A DNA stretch of 64,000 bases, from the NCBI GenBank assembly GCA_020891255.1, contig BQFW01000002.1, forward strand, positions 3,162,001 through 3,226,000, in the 5' to 3' direction. Under the pieces are notes generated by a model. That model was not told the DNA's origin and did not search any database. It was given only the letters and a program-made list of their open reading frames with translations. This stretch comes from Entomortierella parvispora E1425. Its lineage: Eukaryota > Fungi > Mortierellomycota. A program made the translations under genes and the position numbers. Of this stretch, positions 58,461 to 64,000 are shown piece after piece (positions within the stretch are counted from its first letter, which is position 1; every line of letters starts with the position of its first letter).

Positions 58461-61400
58461 ATGAACGGAACCGTCTTCCAGAACCGCGTTGACCTCCATG
58501 TCCGTGCGTCCTCTAGTCCAGCGGCGGAGATTGACTCGGAGGCAACCGAGTCTGACAAGGAACTCGGAGTTGCTGTGAGTAGCGTAAATCGACAACAGAC
58601 TCGATCAATATCCCGGAGTACAGCAAAAACAGAAAGGACGTCGGCGGTCAAACGCAAGCTCAAGGAGGACGATGTAGATGGTCCAAACATGGACAAGGTC
58701 ATAGCAACAATGGCTATAACAGCAGGAGTCGTTGATACTGGTGCAAGGACAGCTGCAATGGCAACAGTAGCAACATCAGCACCTGCATCAACACCCGCAA
58801 CACCTACAACAATTATACCAGCCGCTGCATCGGCAACAGTTTCGTCAGGAACAAGAAGGACGAAATCCTCTCCAACACCTGTACCAACCTTGTCCTCAAA
58901 ATCAAAATCGAAATCAAAATCAAAACACGCAATAGCGTCTGAATCAAAACCAACAGCGCCACCCCCAAAGGTGGCTACGAAACGAAAACCAAGGCCAAAG
59001 GCATTGCCGTCAACTTTAAGCAAGGAAAACGGCAACGAAAGTGCTGATTCCATTGGTTACAGAGAACCTAGAAAGAAGTTGAAGAGAAAACCTAGCCCAC
59101 CTACGGCTGTGTTCACTTTCGGATCGCAGTCAGATACCCTCAGCTCTGGTTCTTCCTCTTCAGACGACGATGACGATCATAAGGACCGACCGAAATTCAG
59201 AGCTAATGGACGCTCGTCCACTACCATCGCCAATGGTCACACAGCCAGCCGTGGCGCACCGATTCGCTCCAATGGAAACACTGGATCAGAGGCAGCCAAC
59301 AGTAACGGCAACCGCAAGTCAGCTTCATTGCCCCGAAGGTCACAATCATCATCGAGTTCAGCACGTCCCTCATCTCGGAAAAAGACAATACGGTCTGAGC
59401 AGCCCATTCCTGATGGCCTTAGAAAGCTACCCAAGGGATATGTATACGATACCGAGATCAACCCATCGCTCCTCATGGGCTTGTCTGTGAACCCATCCCA
59501 GACCGGAGAGTTCATGGAGCACTTGAAGTAAGTGGCCTCGACAAGCAACACGCGTTCGGCTGCAAGAAATCTTTGATAAAAAAAAAGATATAGTTTTCTA
59601 ACCACCCCCTTTTCTTGTTTGTGTATGTTCTAGGGGCAAGAATGCAAAAGAAAATGACTATCCGGATCGACGAGCAGAGTTTAATCTGGATTACACGCAG
59701 GAACCATCCATATTTGGGATCGAGCAGCAAACTGGATACACCTATCCCAGGTTAAGAAATGGTGGCAAAGGTCGACTCCCAAAAGTTCACTGTGAGGACG
59801 GTTTCGTGATCACAGATCTACTTACAAGGAAAACTGAGGAAGAGCCACCCGTCTTTTTGGGGCGACTGTTCTGCGTAACAGATGGACATGGCGGCAGAGG
59901 TTGTTCAGCATGGGTGATCCAGACGATCTCACACGCTATGCAGGTGATCTTTGAACGGTACAAGCCTGCGGATCTCTCCAACCCTGCGACTCAGGAGTTG
60001 ATCAAGTTTCAAGTATCAAAAGCGGTCGGAATCATGGACACAGAATACCTCGAGTACAAGAAAAAACAGTATCTCTTGTACAAAGCCAAGAAAATCCCAC
60101 ATGATCCAGGAAGTGACGGCACCACGTTGATCGTCAACATTTTTATCGACAAGTGGATCATCTGCATCAACGTGGGCGACTCTAGGAGTCTGCTCTGTAG
60201 TCGGGATAGCGATGGTCGATGGGATGTGGAGTTTCATAGCGAGGACCATACTCCGTCCTTGGAGCGACTCGTACAGACCATCTATGCTAACGGCGGTGAG
60301 TTTGTGACGCATGACGACAAGTTGATCCGGTTTGACCCCAAACACAAGAACGACAAGAAGCATCGGCAAGCACTTAAAGAGGCCAGGATACGAGTCAAGG
60401 ACGGCGCCTCAAACATTTATGGTATACCGTACAGGACCCAAAATGGCCATTGTGCATCGGTCAACCTGGGTGCCTGTCTTGGGGATGTGCTCTACAAACT
60501 CGACCCTGTCAAGCCCGTTCTGAACTGCACACCGGACGTGACGTTCATTGACATTACCAACATTGAGCAAGGGTTCTTGCTCATGGCCTCGGATGGTTTA
60601 TGGGACTATGTTCAACGAGGCAGCAAGGTACAGGAACAAAATTCGACCGTCTGTCAGTTTGTAGGCGACAAGTTGGATCGAGGATGGCACCATCAAAGGA
60701 TCATGGTCACTTTGGCTGATCGGGAAGGGGGATCTGGATTGTATACGGACTCGATACAGGAGTACGATGACTTTACAGCTATTTTGATTCCGTTCAATCA
60801 ACAGCAGCTTTTGACGCAGCAGAAGAAACGACTGGACTATGAGCGTCAGCTAGAGAAGAGGCAACAACTGCGAGTGAAAGAACGACAGCTGATGATGATC
60901 AGACAGCAGCAACTAATTCAGGAGCAGAAGCAACGAGAATTGGATCAATTGCATTTGATGCAACAGCTCAAGATTCGGCGACAGCAGGAGGATCTGAGAA
61001 AGATCCGTCAGCAACAAGAGATTTTGCGCGAACAGCAACGACAGAGGGAAGTAGAAGAGGCCAGGGAGAAGCTGGCAAAGGCAGCAGCATTGGCAGCAGT
61101 CATGGCAGCAGTCGAGGAGGCCAGGGTTAAACGGGAAGCAGAAGCAACTGCAGCCGCCATTGCAGCCGCCAATGCTGCAGCCGCGTCGACCCAGGCAGAA
61201 GCAGTGGTAGAGGCAGCGGCCATCGCCACAGCCAACAAAGATACGCTGGCCGCCGCAGATAGCAAGATTAGCCTTCCACAAGGACCGGGCCCAATGGAAA
61301 CGGTGGTGGTAAAGACCTCTTCACATGATGGCGCTAATACGCTGTCTGGACCAACTGAGGAGCACGAGGACATTATTGTCGATATTGAGTCTGTTTCCTC

Positions 61401-61563
61401 TCCAATCGCCTACTCTTCCTTCCCGGATCCGACCTCTACAGGAGGTGCACGGTCGAACGGCCGTCCTCGCCATCATGGCAGTGACAACGAGAGCGACACT
61501 ATCAGCCATATGCCGCCATCCCCAAACGGATCCTCAGATAGCGAGCTTCTTGTTGTTGATTGA
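58461..61563 (+). CDS. PP2C/PPM-family phosphatase with basic disordered N-terminus and Q-rich coiled-coil C-terminus, 998 aa; exons 58461-59527, 59634-61563
   Basis: PPM motifs HCEDG, CVTDGHGG, INVGDSRSLL, SEDHTP, LMASDGLWD, YDDFTAI. One phase-2 GT-AG intron. Confidence 0.9.
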
Positions 61564-61674
61564 TAGCTTTCCAACTCACAAATAGTCTCCAATAATAAAC
61601 ATAGTGGTGGAGAAGAGCAAAAAAAAGTATGATATTCAAACTATCTCTTGGACTGTAAATGGGAGTTTTCGAGA

Positions 61675-62777
61675 TTATAGCTCCTTCATTGCGGCCTTTC
61701 CATGGGGAGCAGAGGCGATATCCTTGACGGAAGGGATCACATAGATGGGCAAGGAGACCAAAAACATTACGGCCACCTCTAAACACAAGTAGGACAAATG
61801 AAAAGGGAGGGGTACGCGTCAGCAACGCGTCGTAAATGGCTCTCAATGGTTTGTTTCGTCATTTCTTCCATTTCTTCCATCGATTTTTTTTCTTTTACCT
61901 GCAACCCAGAATCCGAGGAGAGGAGACCAAGGGCTGTTGCGGTCCAGGATGTTGCCATTGTCAAACAGTCTCCAGGCATTGTCAACGGGCGACAGATGGG
62001 GGTCGCTCTCGTATTTGTTGATCACATAGCCGCTGAATCCTGTCGACACGATGGCGGTCCCTTGAAGAATGTAGTACAGAGATGATTTGAACATGCGTTC
62101 CTTGTCGCCAGGTCTCACCAACGTCTCGTTCTTGAGCCAAATGAACACAGGGATGTAAGCGGCCTATATATGACAGGAGTGGGAAGGGAAAGCACAGGTC
62201 ATTAGAAACAAGGAAAAGCCAGTGAGCGAGATGAGTAAAGTAAAGAGGAATATCTCACCGGAAGCAAGACGACACCCATGGCCAAAAGAGTGAACAGCAT
62301 TCTGGAAGAGAAAAAGTCTGTCAAGGGGAAGGTCTGACCCCCCTGCCACTCCTCCCAACCCATGGGATACATGAACCGGTTATAGCCCATGCCCAAGATG
62401 GCATTGAAGCAAGTGTAAGCGTGGATCCAATATTGGTTCATGCTCATGTTCAACTGAGACTCATGACGGTGTTGACGGATCTTGCGGTAAGTGACATAGA
62501 ATCCAATGATGCCCAAGAGTACGTTCGTGAACGCAAACAAAGTAGGCAACGCCGCATGGATCTCGTTCTTGTCGCCGAGCAGGTACATGGATTCCCAACC
62601 AGGGTTGTCCCAAAGGAGGTACAGACCCGAAGGCGCAAAGATCAACGAGAGAAAGAGGAGCGAGTAGACAAAGGACGGGGTCAACCAAAACGTCTCTTCG
62701 TTCTTGAGCGATCCTGCAGAACAGGCGGCAAAAGCCGCGCCAAAGGAAAAGGACCAGAAAACGTCGACTTCAAGCAT
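61675..62777 (-). CDS. Uncharacterised multi-pass membrane protein, 295 aa; exons 62777-62259, 62163-61899, 61778-61675
   Basis: Six to seven hydrophobic segments (MLEVDVFWSFSFGAAFA..., FAPSGLYLLWDNPGWESM, WIHAYTCF); two GT-AG introns in phase. Confidence 0.8.
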
Positions 62778-63513
62778 TTTTTTCCCTATGTCTTGATGTA
62801 GATAGATGGGAAAGAGGAAGAGAAAAAAATGGGATGTTTGAAAAAAGAAGAAAGGATCTGGGAAAGAGAGGACGACAAAAAAAAAGAGAGATGCGGAGGG
62901 TTAAAAGAGGGGTGAGGGAACCCTCGATTTAGGCAGGGTCCCCCTCTCCGTTTTTATGTGGAGGAGGGACGAGGAGGGACATGGCCTGTGGCCGAGCGAG
63001 TTTCCCGTCCCGCGTGCCTGGACATCAACATAGTTGGGGAGACAACAAGGCGTCCGACACGAGGGAAAACACTTCCCATGTAAGCCATGACCCCCTCTTC
63101 ACCCGAACCGAGGGTGTCTGGTCTCTTAGTGCAATCTGCATGTTGATCGTTGGACTGTCTTTCTTCCTCCACAACACCTCTTTCGCACCCACATTGGCCA
63201 GACAGCTTTCTTGTCCCCTTCGTCTTTGCCAACATGCGAGCAATTGATCCGTAGTCTGGATGAACACAAGAAGCTCTTCGTGTCCGAGATAGATAGACAT
63301 ACATCATGCGAAAAAAGGGCAACTACAAGTGTGGGCCAATCCCTTCCTCTGGGCGTTGAGTGAGCAAAAAAGAAAGGAACACGGACCCACAGCAATTAGT
63401 CCTTTTCTTTCCTTTCTTCTTTCTCTTTGCCTTCTATCCCTCCCTTCCTCTCGGCCCTAGTCTTCTCTAGGAACAAATACTCACCTTCAGGAAAAAAAGA
63501 GAATACATCCAGG

Positions 63514-64000
63514 ATGAGCAAACCCACCATCGACCCGTTCACCAACACCGTGATCTATGCGCCGGCGACGGTGCATGCCCAACGCGGCGGCGTACTCTAT
63601 GATCGACTCATGAATGCCATGGCGACCTCTCCTTACCTGCCCAGGAAACTGGTCGAATCAATGCTCCTCTATGTCGAAGTGGCTGTGGTGGGTGTGCCGG
63701 AATGGATCTTTGGCGAGACAAACGGGGAGGCCCCCACGGTCGAAAAACGGATCGACAGTTCCATTGCTGCCAGTCGATTGATCATGGCCGACACTGTCGC
63801 TCGAGGAGATCGACGAAAAGTCGCCGTCTTGACTGGTAAGAAAAACTGCCATGAGCATCAAGACAAAAAAAAAACAGGGTTTTCCGTTCGCAACAGAAAA
63901 CTGAGAGCAGTTGTCTTGACAATCTTTAATGACTTTGTGTTTCTCTTTCCTTTTATCTTTCTTGCTGACATGCTCCAATGTTAGGTGGCGCAGGTGGATT
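63514..64000 (+). CDS. Short-chain dehydrogenase/reductase, 5' part only (exon 63514-63835; exon from 63985 runs off the window)
   Basis: Splicing GTAAG...TTAG gives KVAVLTGGAGG, the SDR Rossmann TGxxxGxG start, after an extension of about 100 aa. Confidence 0.7.

Overview
64 kb of intron-containing eukaryotic genomic DNA. It looks fungal, and the gene families and style suggest an early-diverging Mucoromycota/Mortierellaceae-type genome (inference, not established). I reconstructed about 16 intact protein genes by hand from splice sites and reading phase: an alpha/beta-hydrolase-fold protein, a TCTEX1D2-type dynein light chain, a dual-specificity phosphatase, a GH3 beta-glucosidase, a 4TM protein, an MFS transporter, cyclin C, a bZIP factor, a Qa-syntaxin, a large uncharacterised putative regulator, two intact NADP-dependent alkenal reductases, a KDM5 demethylase, a BTB protein, a PP2C and an unknown membrane protein. 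An SDR is cut by the window end. The reductases lie in a tandem array with three broken copies. The window also holds one tRNA-Glu(TTC) gene, one degenerate tRNA-like sequence and several micro/minisatellites. The most notable signals are: a young 5'-truncated non-LTR retrotransposon (19-bp TSD, template-jump-like 5' junction) sitting head-to-head about 150 bp upstream of the tRNA gene; a ciliary-type Tctex light chain in an apparently non-flagellated fungus; a 1,057-aa protein with an unnamed basic domain plus an Ig-like module; a hydrolase lacking its nucleophile; a GH3 with a 165-aa acidic insert carrying dibasic sites; and three GC-AG introns.
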